The notes below the pieces were generated by a model. That model did not search any database. It saw only the letters and a program-made list of their open reading frames with translations, and was not told the DNA's origin. From the NCBI RefSeq assembly GCF_006345805.1, contig NC_043013.1, positions 41,974,001 through 42,038,000 on the forward strand: DNA of 64,000 nt. The letters are read 5' to 3'. Positions within the stretch are counted from its first letter, which is position 1. Each line of letters starts with the position of its first letter. Of this stretch, positions 12,299-25,150 are shown one piece after another. A program made the position numbers and the translations under genes. The DNA is from Octopus sinensis. Lineage: Eukaryota.

Positions 12299-12516
12299 CC
12301 CCTTAGCGTCTAAATTACTGTCAAATGTAAGGCTTATCTATTCCCATTGTTTTGAATTAATCATACATTATCTTGTAGCTTTGAGATATCAGTGGTGTGA
12401 CTATTTATTTTTAGAATGACATTGTAGGGTAGGTGTGAGAGGCCAGATCTGGCCAGTTTGAAAATAGAACAAGAACAATATTTGAGCTGGATATGGTCGA
12501 TTTGAATGCTAACAAG
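12299..12516. mobile_element. Degenerate piggyBac-like (TTAA) MITE; partial copy ~32800-32945
   Basis: Internal TTTTAGAATGACATTGTAGGGTAGGTGTGAGAGG shared with 33262-33478 and 51813-52885; right end followed by TTAA. Confidence 0.6.
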
Positions 12517-12869
12517 TTAATAGTATGTATTCATCAAACCCATGCCGGCATAGGAAAACAGACGTAAAAACAAACAGATTAATGGACAACAGAAGAGAAA
12601 TGAAGCTATAACTGCTTGTTGGTAATGAAAGATTTTTGGAGAAGTGATGTTGTAAGAGTGTTGGGTTGGAGGTGTTAAGGCTCAGAGGATTTTGTATGGT
12701 AACATGTTTATATGATCCCCTTTTGAGTGACATATCCGACATACCCTTGTCATCAGAGGCTTCCCATACAGCCACTTATAGTATTTCTTCTCTGTGTTCC
12801 TTTCTTTATTTTATCTGATGGAATGTGTTTATAGGGAGATAGGAGACAGATTCTTCGTTATCTGCTTTC

Positions 12870-13169
12870 TATGTCACATACACACTTTCTCTCTCTCTCC
12901 ACACTCTCTCTCTCTCTCCACACACTCTCTCTCTCTCCACACTCTCTCTCTCTCTCATGTTTGTTCAGCCTTTCTTTATTTCCCACAAACTATTTGGTGC
13001 CATTCTCTCCTCATTCTCTCTTCTCTCACTTCTCACTCTCTCTCTCCTCCCTCCCTCTCTATCAGATGTATGGCCAGTCTTTCTTCATTCCCTCCATACA
13101 CCATTTGGTGCTATTCTTCACCCATCCACACCTAATTTCCTTTCTTTTTTCTCTCACCCTCTCTACTAT

Positions 13170-13204
<35 letters not shown>

Positions 13205-13277
13205 CTCTTATTTACCTTTCTTTCTTAGTTTCGATTTTTGTTCAGTTTTTTTTCCTTTTCTCTTTCTTATACACAGA

Positions 13278-13317
<40 letters not shown>

Positions 13318-13595
13318 CACACTCTCTCTCTCTCTCCACACACTCTCTCTCTCTCTCTCTCTCCACACTCTCTCTCTCTCTCATGTTTGTTCAGCCTTTC
13401 TTTATTTCCCACAAACTATTTGGTGCCATTCTCTCCTCATTCTCTCTTCTCTCACTTCTCACTCTCTCTCTCCTCCCTCCCTCTCTATCAGATGTATGGC
13501 CAGTCTTTCTTCATTCCCTCCATACACCATTTGGTGCTATTCTTCACCCATCCACACCTAATTTCCTTTCTTTTTTCTCTCACCCTCTCTACTAT

Positions 13596-13634
<39 letters not shown>

Positions 13635-13730
13635 CTCTTATTTACCTTTCTTTCTTAGTTTCGATTTTTGTTCAGTTTTTTTTCCTTTTCTCTTTCTTAT
13701 ACACAGACTCTCTCTCTCTCTCTCTCTCTC
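12870..13730. repeat. ~426-bp direct tandem duplication in CT-rich DNA
   Basis: CATGTTTGTTCAGCC at 12956 and 13382; units essentially identical apart from microsatellite lengths. Confidence 0.9.
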
Positions 13731-14274
13731 TCTTTGTCTTTCTTGTCCATATCTAGTGTTATTTTTCTACACACACTTCTAACACTGTTATTTTCTCTCT
13801 TTCTCTCTGTCTGTTTGTCTCTTTCTCTTCTTTCTCTCTGTCTTTGTCTCTCTCACACACACACACACACACACTTCTAACACTATTATTTTCTTTCTCT
13901 TTCTCTCTGTCTGTCTATCTCTTTCTCTTTCTTTCTCTTTCTTTCTCTCCCTCTCTGTCTGTCTATCTCTTTCTCTTTCTTTCTCTCCCTCTCTCTCATA
14001 ATTTCCTTTACCTCTCTATTCTCCTAATTCTAAACAGAGAACAAGATAAGGACATATCTCTCAGAATACATCTACTCAGAAAAAAACCACCATTTCCACC
14101 AGGAGCTCTTCTAAATCCTAGACTTGTGACTCTGGTTCTACTAAATCAATCAACATTATAATGTTTTAAGTTCAAGTCTGGCCCAGCGTCAACTTTGCTT
14201 TTCATCCTTTCAGGTATTGATAGAATAAGGAAGGGCCAGTCAAATACTGGGGTTAATTTACAGTTTTTACTCGT

Positions 14275-14482
14275 CTTTTATCGTTTAGTTGTTTGTCATT
14301 AGACTAGGGCTCTGCCTTAAAGAAATTTTAGTCAAATGAATTGACCCCAGAACTTTTTTGTGTTTTTTAAAACCTGTTATATATTCTATCAGTCTTTTTT
14401 TTTTTTGCTAAATTGCTAAACAAACCAATACTAGTTGCCAAGCAGAGGTGGGGGATAAGCACACACTCACTAACACACACAC

Positions 14483-14526
<44 letters not shown>

Positions 14527-14918
14527 GACAGGTTTCTTTCAGTTTCTTATTTCTTTATTGCCCACAGGAGGCTAAACATAGAGGGGACAAACAAGGACAG
14601 ACAAACGGATTAAGTCGATTATATCAGTGCGTAATTGGTACTTAATTTATCGACCCCGAAAGGATGAAAGGCAAAGTCGACCTCGGCAGAATTTGAACTC
14701 AGAACGTAACGGCAGACAAAACACGGCTACGCATTTCGCCCGGCATGCTAACGTTTCTTCCAGCCCACTGCCTTTCAGTTTCTGTCTACCAAATCCATTC
14801 ACAAGGCTTTGTCAGCCTAAGGCTATAGTAGGAGACATTTGCCCAAGGTGCCACACAGTGGGATTGAACCCAGAACAATGTAGTTGAGAAGCAAACTTCT
14901 TACCACACAGCCACACCT
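14275..14918 (-). mobile_element. SINE family A interrupted by a family B SINE (14548-14771) with 12-bp TSD
   Basis: CTTTCAGTTTCT at 14536-14547 and 14772-14783 flanks the B copy. Confidence 0.85.
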
Positions 14919-15284
14919 GCACATGCTGCATTATTATTTTTTTTTTTTTTACTTAATTTTAACTGAAAAATTTGGGGCAAGCCTCAATATGAAAGGCTTA
15001 TATACAGAGCCAGCCTGAATATGAAAGGAAAAAACTTTGTATCAAGATTTAACTCACTATTAGGTGGGTGATTTATTACATAAGATTTACTATATCTTGA
15101 CCTTTTATACCCAACAACAGAAATCATCCTTGATCTCATTATTAAGGTAATGGAGTGTTGGAAATGCTACAGCATTAGACTAAAATCTTTGTAGTGTTTA
15201 GTTAAATAAATCCTTTTTGTTGTGGTGAAACTCAGAGTATATAAAGCTATAAATAATTGCATGTAAATATTGTGTTAAAATGTG

Positions 15285-15600
15285 AAGGCACATGGCTCAG
15301 TTGTTAGAGTGTCAGGCTCACAATCATGAGGTGGTGAGTTCAATTCCTGGGATGTGTGTTGGGTTCTTAAGACACTTTATTTCATGTTGCTCCAGTTCAC
15401 TCAGCTGTAGAAATGAGTTGCGATGTCACTGATGCCAAGCTGTATCAGCCTTTGCCTTTTCCTTGAATAATATTGGTGGTACAGAGAGGGGAGGCAGATA
15501 TGCATGGGTGACTACTGGTCTTCCATAAATAGCCTTGCCCAGACTCGTGTACTTTCTAGGTGCAATCCCATGGTCATTCATGACCGAAGGATGGTCTTTA
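15285..15600 (+). mobile_element. tRNA/CORE-type SINE family D (second copy 60943-61258)
   Basis: GGCTCAG.GGTTAGAG..GAGTTC.A.TCC head, GTGTGTTG.GTTCTT core, GGTGCAATCC..CATGACCGAAGG tail shared by both copies. Confidence 0.8.
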
Positions 15601-17619
15601 CTCTTTATTGAGTTATGTTCTCAGTTCAAATCAAAGGGGATTTTTACTGCGTAATGTGCTTGATTCATCAAATTTTCCTATCCTCTTACAAATTTACAAG
15701 GAAGTTTTATTAGCAAAGAGGTTTTTTTTTTTTTTCCACTTCATTGTTTATTTAAACAAACAAAAGTATAAGGTTACCACAATCTTTGCTGACCTCTCCC
15801 CAAACTTGTGAGGTCACGTAGGTGATGTTGAATTCGAAGTTCTGTAAGTTGAGACACACTGCAATAAACGGGTACGAAGGGAGAATTCCCAAAAAAGGTG
15901 CAGTTTAAGAATAGATATTGGGTAAATTTGCTTCGTGCTATGTTAAAGGAAGTGGGACACAGAATTATGAGAGGATGAGTGATGGGTTCATTTAATAGTT
16001 TTTCAGTTATGGGTTTTATATTGTGTGGTTTGTATTGCTGCAGTGATGATGATACAGGACACATGAAATATATTAGTGGGAGTGGACCTGTGTTTATATT
16101 GTGTTAGTTGAAGTGTCAATTAGTTGGGTGGTGTTATTTTGTCAATACATTTAATACATTCTAGGTGTTTGGTTGTAGCAGTAAAACCCCCACTCCCGGA
16201 TATGAGAGCAATTTTCTCTAATGTAGATCAAACCTTCTTTATTTCATTTTGTTGATTAAAAAAGGCTTATTTACCAATGGTGTGATAAGTTTGTGTAAAA
16301 GAAAGAAGTTAGGACGTTTGTATGAGTTGTTGTTCTTTAGTTTCAAGCCAACTTTGAGTGGTCCTCTGATTAAAGGCTTCCATCCATGACTCTCCCTGTC
16401 AGTTTTTTTTTTCAAACAAAATATGCCTTTGGACTATATTATCTAATGTGTTCTTCCTTAACCTTTAGCACACTGTAGGTGCATCATGTCACCATATGAG
16501 TCTTCTCCCCTGTAGTAACAGGGCAGTGGCAGGAGAAATAATTCTAGAGAAAATGCAGTGTGCTAAAGGCTAAAACAGCAGGGGTATTATTTAAGAGAGA
16601 TTTTTGCAGGTGAAGATAAGCAAGCAGAATTGTCCTCGCATTGGCTTTAACTTGTATCTGAGTAGGTGTAGTTAACCTGTAGTGAGTGATTGAGCTTCTC
16701 CATCCTGATGGGTGTGAAGTGTACCAGTGCCTGAGGCAGTTGTTTAGGCCAAGGGTGGTATAGAAGAGCCAGGGTTATTTATCACAGGAAGTGCAAATCA
16801 CTCTTTGTGTCTTTGATATCCAATCTCTGCCTCTTGATGTCCACCAGAACTGGCACAATCATGACCATGCAAAGCAGAATGCTTAGTGGTATTTCTTGTA
16901 GTGTTTTACATTTTGAGCTCAGATGCCACTGGGGTCAACTTTGCCCCTCATCCTTTTGGGATCAAGAACTGGAGTCAATGGAAACTGACAGAATTAAATG
17001 GGTCTGTTCAAACCAAAGTACCGCATAAAAAGCATTGGTGTCGATGCTACGTATAAAGCACCCAGTACACTAATACCCTTCTCCTCAAAATTGTTGGTCT
17101 TTTACCAATATTAAAAAGAAAAATTTCTTGCAGGTAAAGGGACCTTGTAGAACCCTCACTGCCTCAAACATTGGCTGAGTCTATTATTGAGACTGACCCT
17201 TCCCACACATTCCTTTGGCAAGAATTGCTGGCTCACTTTTTTCTGCTTGACAGTTGTGTACTGGACATTGTTGAAAGAGTAAGGATTTTCCTCTCACTAG
17301 ACTTCTTTAACCCTTCCATTACCGTATTTATTTTGAGATGCTCTCTGTTTCTTTCAATTGATTTTAAAGTAAAATAACTTAGCTATCATTAAGTTAGTGT
17401 TAGGAACATAAATTGTGACTGAGGTCTGGTGGAAGATTTTAATTCAAAACTTATGAAAGCAAGACATTTGGATCACAGAGCTAGAGGTGGTTTCAGCTGG
17501 GTTGGTATTGAAAGGGTTGGGTATCCTTGAAGAGGATGGTGAGAGCACTGAGGGTGGCACTGCTCTCCTGGGGTTTTTTTTTTCAAAAGCTAGGAAAAAG
17601 ACTGACAAAATTAATTGGG

Positions 17620-17852
17620 TCTGTTCAAATCAAGGTACTGCATAAAAAGCATTGGTGTTGGTGCTGATGCCATGTATAAAGCACCCAGTACATTCTGTGA
17701 AGTGGTTGGCCTTAGGAAGGGCATCCAGCCGTAGAAACCATACCAAAACAGGCTATGGAACCTGGTGTAGCTCCTGGCCTTGCCATTTCCTCTCAGACCA
17801 TCAAAACCACGCCAGCATGGAAAGTGGTCATTAAATGTTGTTACTGATGACA

Positions 17853-17890
<38 letters not shown>
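17620..17890 (+). mobile_element. RTE 3' UTR fragment (family C) with long (GAT)n tail
   Basis: GTGGTTGGCCTTAGGAAGGGCATCCAGCCGTAGAAACC and (GAT)n. Confidence 0.75.
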
Positions 17891-17892
<2 letters not shown>

Positions 17893-18379
17893 CACCTGCA
17901 ACAAGGAACTGAAAGTCAGCACCACACCACCTGTTATGGCTCTTCAAGGTTATCTTGAGTTTCATGCGAGGGTTGCGTCTCCGAACGAATTGCTACAACC
18001 ACACCACATCACAGCACAGTCACAACGGCAGTTCCACACTGAAATACGACAGACAAGCCAACGTTACCGCCCCAGTCAAAAGTCACATGCTCTTTCCACT
18101 TAGATATCACAGCTTCTTTCAATAAGTTCGTTTCAACAATGACAAAACCTAATGACATGGTCATTGGGAAGCGACAACATGAAAACAACAACAGATTGCT
18201 CCTAAACAAGTTGCATTCAAAGATTAACTCACTTTGTTAGAGACGGCAGCATCTGTTAATCTACCGAGGATTGTTATGTTACTATTCTCAGACTGGTATT
18301 AAAAAGATGCTGGCATTTCTAATCCACAGTGGGTTGCTCATCTGCTATTTTCAGATTGTTTCAGCTTTTATTCCTCTTC

Positions 18380-18930
18380 CGTGTACACACACACACACAC
18401 GCATATTACATACTTAAATACATATACACACATACACACACAAACACACAGTTACACATACAGCTCCTCCCCCACAGTCACCCAATCTCCTTCCCACACA
18501 CACACAATATGCTTACCTACATGTACACACACCCATACACACAAACAGCCACACACACATACACAAATCACTTACATAAATGCATACACACAAACATCAT
18601 ATACACACATACACGGTCATACACACACACACATACACCATGTAAAAACATGCATACACACACAAACACCATACACACATACACAGCCACGCACACACAC
18701 ATACACCTCATACATAAAAACATACACAGCCACACACACACACACACATACACCTCATACATAAAAACACATACAGTCACACACATACACATACACCTCA
18801 TACATAAAAACACATACACAGCCACACACACACACACACTTCATACATAAAAACACATACACAGCCATCCATACCCACACACATACACCTCATACATAAA
18901 AACACACACACACACACACACACACACCAT
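18380..18930. repeat. CA-rich compound microsatellite containing ~40-bp minisatellite units (ACACCTCATACATAAAAACAC..)
   Basis: Direct reading. Confidence 0.85.
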
Positions 18931-20166
18931 CCATTCACATGTAAGTGTTTTGTATTTGTTTTGAGATTATCACTGACACTTGCTATTGTTGCTGGAACTG
19001 CTGTCGTTATCCCGTCATCATCGTCAGTGTCGTCATCATTTGTATTGGTAAACTGTTGCTCTTGTTGTCATTGTCGTGACTGGTTGTTCTCGGTTTAGCT
19101 TAGATATTCTCTTCAGTTGTTCACCATTTCTTATAAATAAATATCCTTGTGGCCTGGAGGCCTTCCACTTTCCTCTACGACAATGGACAGAAGCAATAAC
19201 TGCTCTGGACATTCACCTCTTTTGCCATCTGCACTTGGAGTCCCCTCTCTCTATCTCTCTCACATACAATTAAAATTGCTATATAAATAATAAATAGTGG
19301 GAAAACTAATTGCAACAGTTGCAGGCTTCCTTCGGCTGATAGCAATTTTGATTTTGATTTTGATTTATCTTTTGTGAGTGTGTCTTTTTTTAAATATTTG
19401 CTGAAAAAATAAAAAAATTATAAAGATTAAATTTGATTGGATGTGCTTTGAGAAGGACAAATGACAAACGTACCTATAGACATTTGTTTGGAATCATAGA
19501 AATCAAGCTGCAAAGCTGTTGTTGTTGTTGTTGTTGGAGGATATTTGCAGAAAAAAAAAGAAGAAAAAAAGATGTACAGATATTCCACAGGTTAATGACG
19601 ACCAGGCTGGACGGAATGCTAGATTTAATGAAGTCATTGGGTTTTGCTATATATGGATAGGAACCAACAATGAGAAGGAATTGCTTTGACCAATGCTGAA
19701 GTGAGTGCAAAAAGCATTTTCTTTGGTTTGTAAGATTTACTCTTTTATAGAAATAAGGAAAAAAAAATAATAAATAAATAAATAAATAAAAGAAGAAAGG
19801 CAGAACTGGTTTTTGGAGAACAATTCCCAGCTGTCTGCTTAACTTGGAGTTTTGAGACTGTTTACTGCAGAATTCCTCCACCACCACTCTTAACATATTT
19901 TATACCTTAATAACAAAAGTACTGGATCTGGGAATAGATATTTATGGATATATTGTGGAATAGTTTTTTTTTTTAACCAATAATTAAATTGCCTTTTCTT
20001 TCTTTTCATTTTTGGAACTTAATTCAACATGGCACAGGTGTGGCTGTGTGGTAAGAAGCTTGCTTCCCAACCACATGGTTCCAGGTTCAGTCCCACTGCG
20101 TAGCTCCTTGCGCAAGTGTCTTCCATTATAGCCTCAGGCCACACACAGTTAATGACTATATATGTG

Positions 20167-20200
<34 letters not shown>

Positions 20201-21227
20201 CAGGGGTTGAACAAAATAATGGAAACACCTTAAAATTTCAAATTTATTTTGATATGTGTTAGGACTACCTTTGGCAGTAATTACAGCTAGAATTCTATGA
20301 CGTATGGACTCATACAAAGTTTGAATTGTTTCCAATTGGTGCATTATCATCCCAAAAGATTGTGTTTCCCTCCAGAAACACTCCCGCAACCATAGGATGA
20401 ATTTGATCAGATAAAATGCTTAAATAGTCTTGACTATTAATCCTGCCATGAAGGAAAAACATTGCGCCAGCGGATTTCCAAGATATAGCTCACCAGATCA
20501 TCACAGATCCTCCTCTATGTTTAACAGTTGAAAGAAGGCAGTCTGGGTCAAATGCTTCTTTTGACTGTCTTCACACGTATACTCGGCCAGTGGTCAAAAA
20601 TAAGGTAGTGGATGACTCGTTCAAGAAAATAACATTCTTCCATGGCTCTAGGGACCAATTCTGTAGGTTTTTACTCCACTCTAAACACTTTGCAATGTTT
20701 GTTTTTGAAAGTAGTGGTTTTCTGATTGCAGCCCTCCCATGAAAACTGACTTTGTGCAGCTCCTTGTGAACAATTTTTGTGGAAACTGGATTCTCGAGGT
20801 GGTCATTAAGCTCTGCAGTAATTTTGGGAGCTATACTTTTTTGATCCTTTATAACAATTTGCGTAAAAGTCTGACAGTCCCTATCTGAAAGTTTTGGTTT
20901 TCTTCTGGAGTTTTGTTTCAACGAGGAGGTTTTTCTCTCTTTCTCAAAGGCTGTCATTACTTTCGAGACAGTACTTCTTGATACACTAAACATTTCGGCT
21001 GTTTTCGTTACGCTTTGAAAATCCGATAGATCTGTCATTTTATTGAATTTTAATTACCTTTTTCTGATGATATCTGAAATGAAACAGCAATTTTAGCAAA
21101 ACTTATTAAGCAACACTTATAATAAATCAAAAAACATAAAAATAAACAAGCTTTTGATGGTCTTATAGATATTTCAAAATTATGAAGCTATGAGGCTAAG
21201 TGTTTCCATTATTTCGTCCAACCCCTG
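20201..21227 (-). mobile_element. Tc1/mariner DNA transposon, internally deleted and non-autonomous
   Basis: 27-bp TIRs CAGGGGTTG(A/G)AC(A/G)AAATAATGGAAACA (25/27 match) flanked by TA; HTH and WKNVIFLNES region at 20571-21038; GGSVMIW and DDNAPI motifs downstream; stop codons and frameshifts. Confidence 0.93.
20571..21038 (-). pseudogene. Tc1-family transposase N-terminal part
   Basis: SVSRSTVSKV, RKPKLSDRD, LENPVSTKIVHKELH, RKPLLSKTN..CLEW; first catalytic D replaced by N (NES); premature stop. Confidence 0.85.
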
Positions 21228-21519
21228 TATATATATATATATATATACTTGTGTGTCTGTGTCTGTACCCCCAACCATCGCTTGACAACTGATGTTGGTG
21301 TTTACATCCCCATAACTTAGTGGTTCAGCAAAAGAGATAAATAGAATTAAGTACTAAGCCCCTTAAGTTGGTGCTCCAGCATGTAAAAGAATAACGGGAT
21401 GAAAAAATAAAAGGGAGACTATCATAATGCATACAGCACTAAGTTGTAATAATTTCTTACTTAGGCGGTCGAACCATCCAACCCATGCCAGCATGGAAAA
21501 CGGACATTACACGATGATG

Positions 21520-21573
21520 ATGATCTATCTATATATCTATATATCTATCTATCTATCTATCTATCTATATTTG

Positions 21574-21632
<59 letters not shown>

Positions 21633-21669
21633 GTCTATATTTGTCTATCTATCTATCTGTCTATATTTG

Positions 21670-21702
<33 letters not shown>

Positions 21703-21707
21703 ATTTG

Positions 21708-21744
<37 letters not shown>

Positions 21745-21767
21745 ATTTGTCTATCTATCTATCTATG

Positions 21768-21800
<33 letters not shown>

Positions 21801-22045
21801 ATTTGTCTGTCTATCTATCTATCTATCTATCTATCTGTCTATCTATCTATATTTGTCTATCTATCTATCTATCTATCTATCTATATTTGTCTATCTATCT
21901 ATCTATATTTGTCTATCTATCTATTTATATTTGTCTATCTATCTATCTATTTATATTTGTCTATCTATCTACCTACCTATCTATCTATCTATCTATCTAT
22001 CTATCTGTCTATCTATCTGTCTACCTATATTTGTCTATCTGCCTA
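21520..22045. repeat. (TCTA)n tetranucleotide microsatellite with ATATTTGT interruptions
   Basis: Direct reading. Confidence 0.95.
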
Positions 22046-22719
22046 CCTATAGGCCTGTTTATCACTCCATTTGTCTCCCTCTCCATCCATCTTAAGTTTT
22101 AAAATTCCTTTCAGCCTTATCTGAGAATATCTTGCTGTTGTATCCCAGTCCAATATCCCAATCCACTCTCCTATTCAGGATTGCTGCAGGCATTCACCCT
22201 CTTGAAAAAATAAATGAATTAATTAATAAGCCACTAATAACGTTTGAGAGTGCTACAACTGTTTGCTGTTAGGAAGTCAGAGCTAATACTTACTCACCTC
22301 TCATTTAGTCATCAGTAATAATTACTTGTTAATTATGGTAGCACAGAAACTTAGAATTATAGCAAATGAGAAATGTGAGATCATTATGTGAGATTTGACC
22401 ACCACCACAGAAAAATAGTAACATAAATAGTGGTTTGAACCTGCACTGCACCAGAACATGTGTAAACATTGTGATAAATAAGAATATTCTCTGAATCAAG
22501 AGTAAAACTCACATAAAGCCGGTAGTGCCTGGATAATGTGAAGTTGTGATGTTTATACATTTCCAAATGGTGCAAATAGGAGTGGTAGTAAAGTTTGCTT
22601 TTCAGCCACATGGTTTCATGTTCAGTCCCACTGTGTGGCACCTTGGGTAAGTGTCTTCTGTTAAGACTTGTGAGTGGATTTAGTCGATGGAAACTGGAAG
22701 AAGCCCATCTTGTGTATCG

Positions 22720-23175
22720 TCTTCATCATCGTCATTTAATGTTGATATTTCATGGTGGCATGGGTCGGACAGTTTGACAGGAGCCAGCCAAGTAGAAGAC
22801 TACACCAGGCTGTTGTATCTGTTTCGGCAGGGTTTTCTACAACTGGATGCCCTTCCAAATGCCAAACATTTTACAGTGTGGACTGGATTCTCTTTATGTG
22901 GCACCTTTGACAGAAGCTAGCCAAGTAGAAAACAGCACCAGGCTATTGTGTCTGTTTCGGCAGGGTTTTCTACGACTGGATGCCCTTCGAAATGCCAAAC
23001 ATTTTACAGTGTGGACTGGATTCTCTTTACATGGCACCTTTGACAGGAGCTCGCCAAGTAGAAAACAGCACCAGGCTATTGTGTCTGTTTCGGCAGGGTT
23101 TTCTACGACTGGATGTCCTTCCAAATGCCAAACATTTTACAGTGTGGACTGGATTCTCTTTACGTGGCACCAACA
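22720..23175 (-). repeat. RTE 3' UTR fragment amplified as ~3 x 133-bp tandem units
   Basis: GCCAAACATTTTACAGTGTGG at 22861, 22994 and 23127. Confidence 0.85.
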
Positions 23176-23253
23176 CCAGCAGGGTCACCAAATAACTTGC
23201 AAGATAAATGTGTGTGTGTTAGTGTCACCTTGTCTTGATATGATTGTTGTAAA

Positions 23254-23505
23254 TCAGTGGTTCTCAACCGGGATTGATATGGCCTTTGAGGGTCCATATG
23301 GCCCTTAAGATTTTGTTGTTAAAATCTATGTGCAATAAATTGGTTTTACTTCTACAGTTCACAAAATATTTTAACCAATTTTTTAAAAACAATTCCTAAT
23401 ATTTATTTATAAAAATATATCATTTTTTTAAACATTGGATGGCTAGGAGGATCCATCTGAGTACAACTGGAATCAAAGGGGTCCGTAGTCACAAGGACTG
23501 AGAAA
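23254..23505. mobile_element. hAT/Charlie-like MITE, right end degenerate
   Basis: CAGTGGTTCTCAACC left TIR; GGTCC/GGACC internal motifs like 34380-34709. Confidence 0.5.
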
Positions 23506-23874
23506 AAAAAGTTTGAACAATACAGACTCAAAGGACAGTGGGGATTTACATATCCACATGTAAACAATAAACCAATAGCAATAAGAAAGCTGGTAACAAA
23601 ATTCTCTAATAGGAGGGAGTACTACCCAGGGGCAATCAGGGAACCCCACAGATCCTGGATCATGCTGACTACCAAAAGTACTGCAGGGAACCCAGTCCTC
23701 ACTCATCCATTCTCTTCAACCTAGGCAGATGCAAGCTAAAGAGCAGGCCCCCTTATTCAGGCCATCCTCACTACAGTCACTGACCTTTTAAGAAATTAAC
23801 TGGGAAGGAAGTGGGGCAGTGCTTTCCAAACCACCCTCAGTTTCTTTTAAATAATAGTAATAATATATGATAAG

Positions 23875-25150
23875 GACAGTGAGCTGGAAGAGTCATTAGC
23901 ATGCCCAGCAAAATGCTTAGCGGTATTTCGTCTGTCTTTACGTTTTGAGTTCAAATTCCGCCGAGGTCCACTTTGTCTTTCATCCTTTCGGGGTCGATAA
24001 ATTAAGTACCAGTTACGCACTGGGGTCGATGTAATCGACTTAATACCTATGTCTGTCCTTGTTTGTCCCCTCTATGTTTAGCCCCTTGTGGGTGATAAAG
24101 AAATAGGTATTTCGTCTGTCTTTGTGTTTTGAGTTCAAATTCCGCCGAGGTCAAATTTGCCTTTCATCTTTTTGGGGTTGATTAAATAAGTACCAGTTAC
24201 ACACTGGAGTCGATTTAATCAACTTAATCCCTTTGTCCGTCCTTGTTTGTCCCCTCTATTTTTAGCCCCCTGTGCGCAATAAAGAAATTAATAATGATAA
24301 TAATGGTCTCAAATTTTGCCACAAGGACAACAATTTTGGGAGAGGGGTTGAGTCAATTACATCAACCCAGTGTTTCACTGGTACTTATTTTATCAACCCC
24401 AAAGGGATAAAAGGTCAACCTTAGTGGCATTTGAGCTCAGAACATAGTGACAGACGAAATACAGCTAAGCATTTTGCCTGGCTTACTAACGGTTCTGCCA
24501 GCTTGCTGTCTAACAACAAAAAGAATAATAATAACAATAATAATAATAATAGTTTCGAATTTTGCTACTAGGGTAGCCATTTTGGGGGAGGCAACGAGTC
24601 GATTACATCGACCCCAGTGTTTCAGTGGTGCTTAATTTATCGGCCCCGAAAGGATGAAAGGCAAAGTTGACCTTGGTGGAATTTGAACTCAGCATGTTAG
24701 GCAAAACGCCCAGCAGTATTTCGTTTGCTACTACATTACAACGATTCTGGCAGCTTCCTGCCTTAACAACAACAACAACAACAATAATAATAATAATGAT
24801 AATAATGGTGTAGCATTAGGAAGGGCATCCAGCTGTAGAAACCATGGCAAAACAGACTGCAGAGCTTGTTGCGGTCCCCTGTCTTGCTAGTTCCTGTCAA
24901 ACCATCCTACCCATACCACCATGGGAAACAGATTTATTTTAAATGATGATGTTTCTGATTTCAGCACAAGGCCAGCAATTTTAAGGTGAGGAGTGAAGTA
25001 CTCTACTGGTACTTCATTCTGTCGCCATTATCCCCACCGCCTGAAAGGATGAAAGGGAAAGTTGACCTCATTGAAATTTGAACTCAAAACCTAAAATAAG
25101 TAGGAAGAAATACCACAAAGTATTTATTTGGAAGCTTAATGATTCTGCCA
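23875..25150. mobile_element. Cluster of SINE family B copies (+23875-24290; -24305-24500, -24555-24765, -24955-25150) plus a family C fragment at 24810-24950
   Basis: Family B core motif repeated on both strands. Confidence 0.8.

Larger units (their letters stand above)
20025..21410 (+). mobile_element. SINE family A split by the Tc1 insertion
   Basis: Head at ~20025-20150 and tail half at ~21245-21410 on either side of the transposon. Confidence 0.75.

Noticed and set aside
12871-13782. 303-aa and 233-aa ORFs
   Set aside because: They arise from CT/TA microsatellites and a tandem duplication. The same applies to ORFs at 21427-22095, 26660-27469, 38652-39254 and 48780-49460.
15774-16064. 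Weak GIY-YIG resemblance (ELRIQHHLRD)
   Set aside because: It lacks the YIG motif and cysteine pattern, so it cannot be separated from chance.
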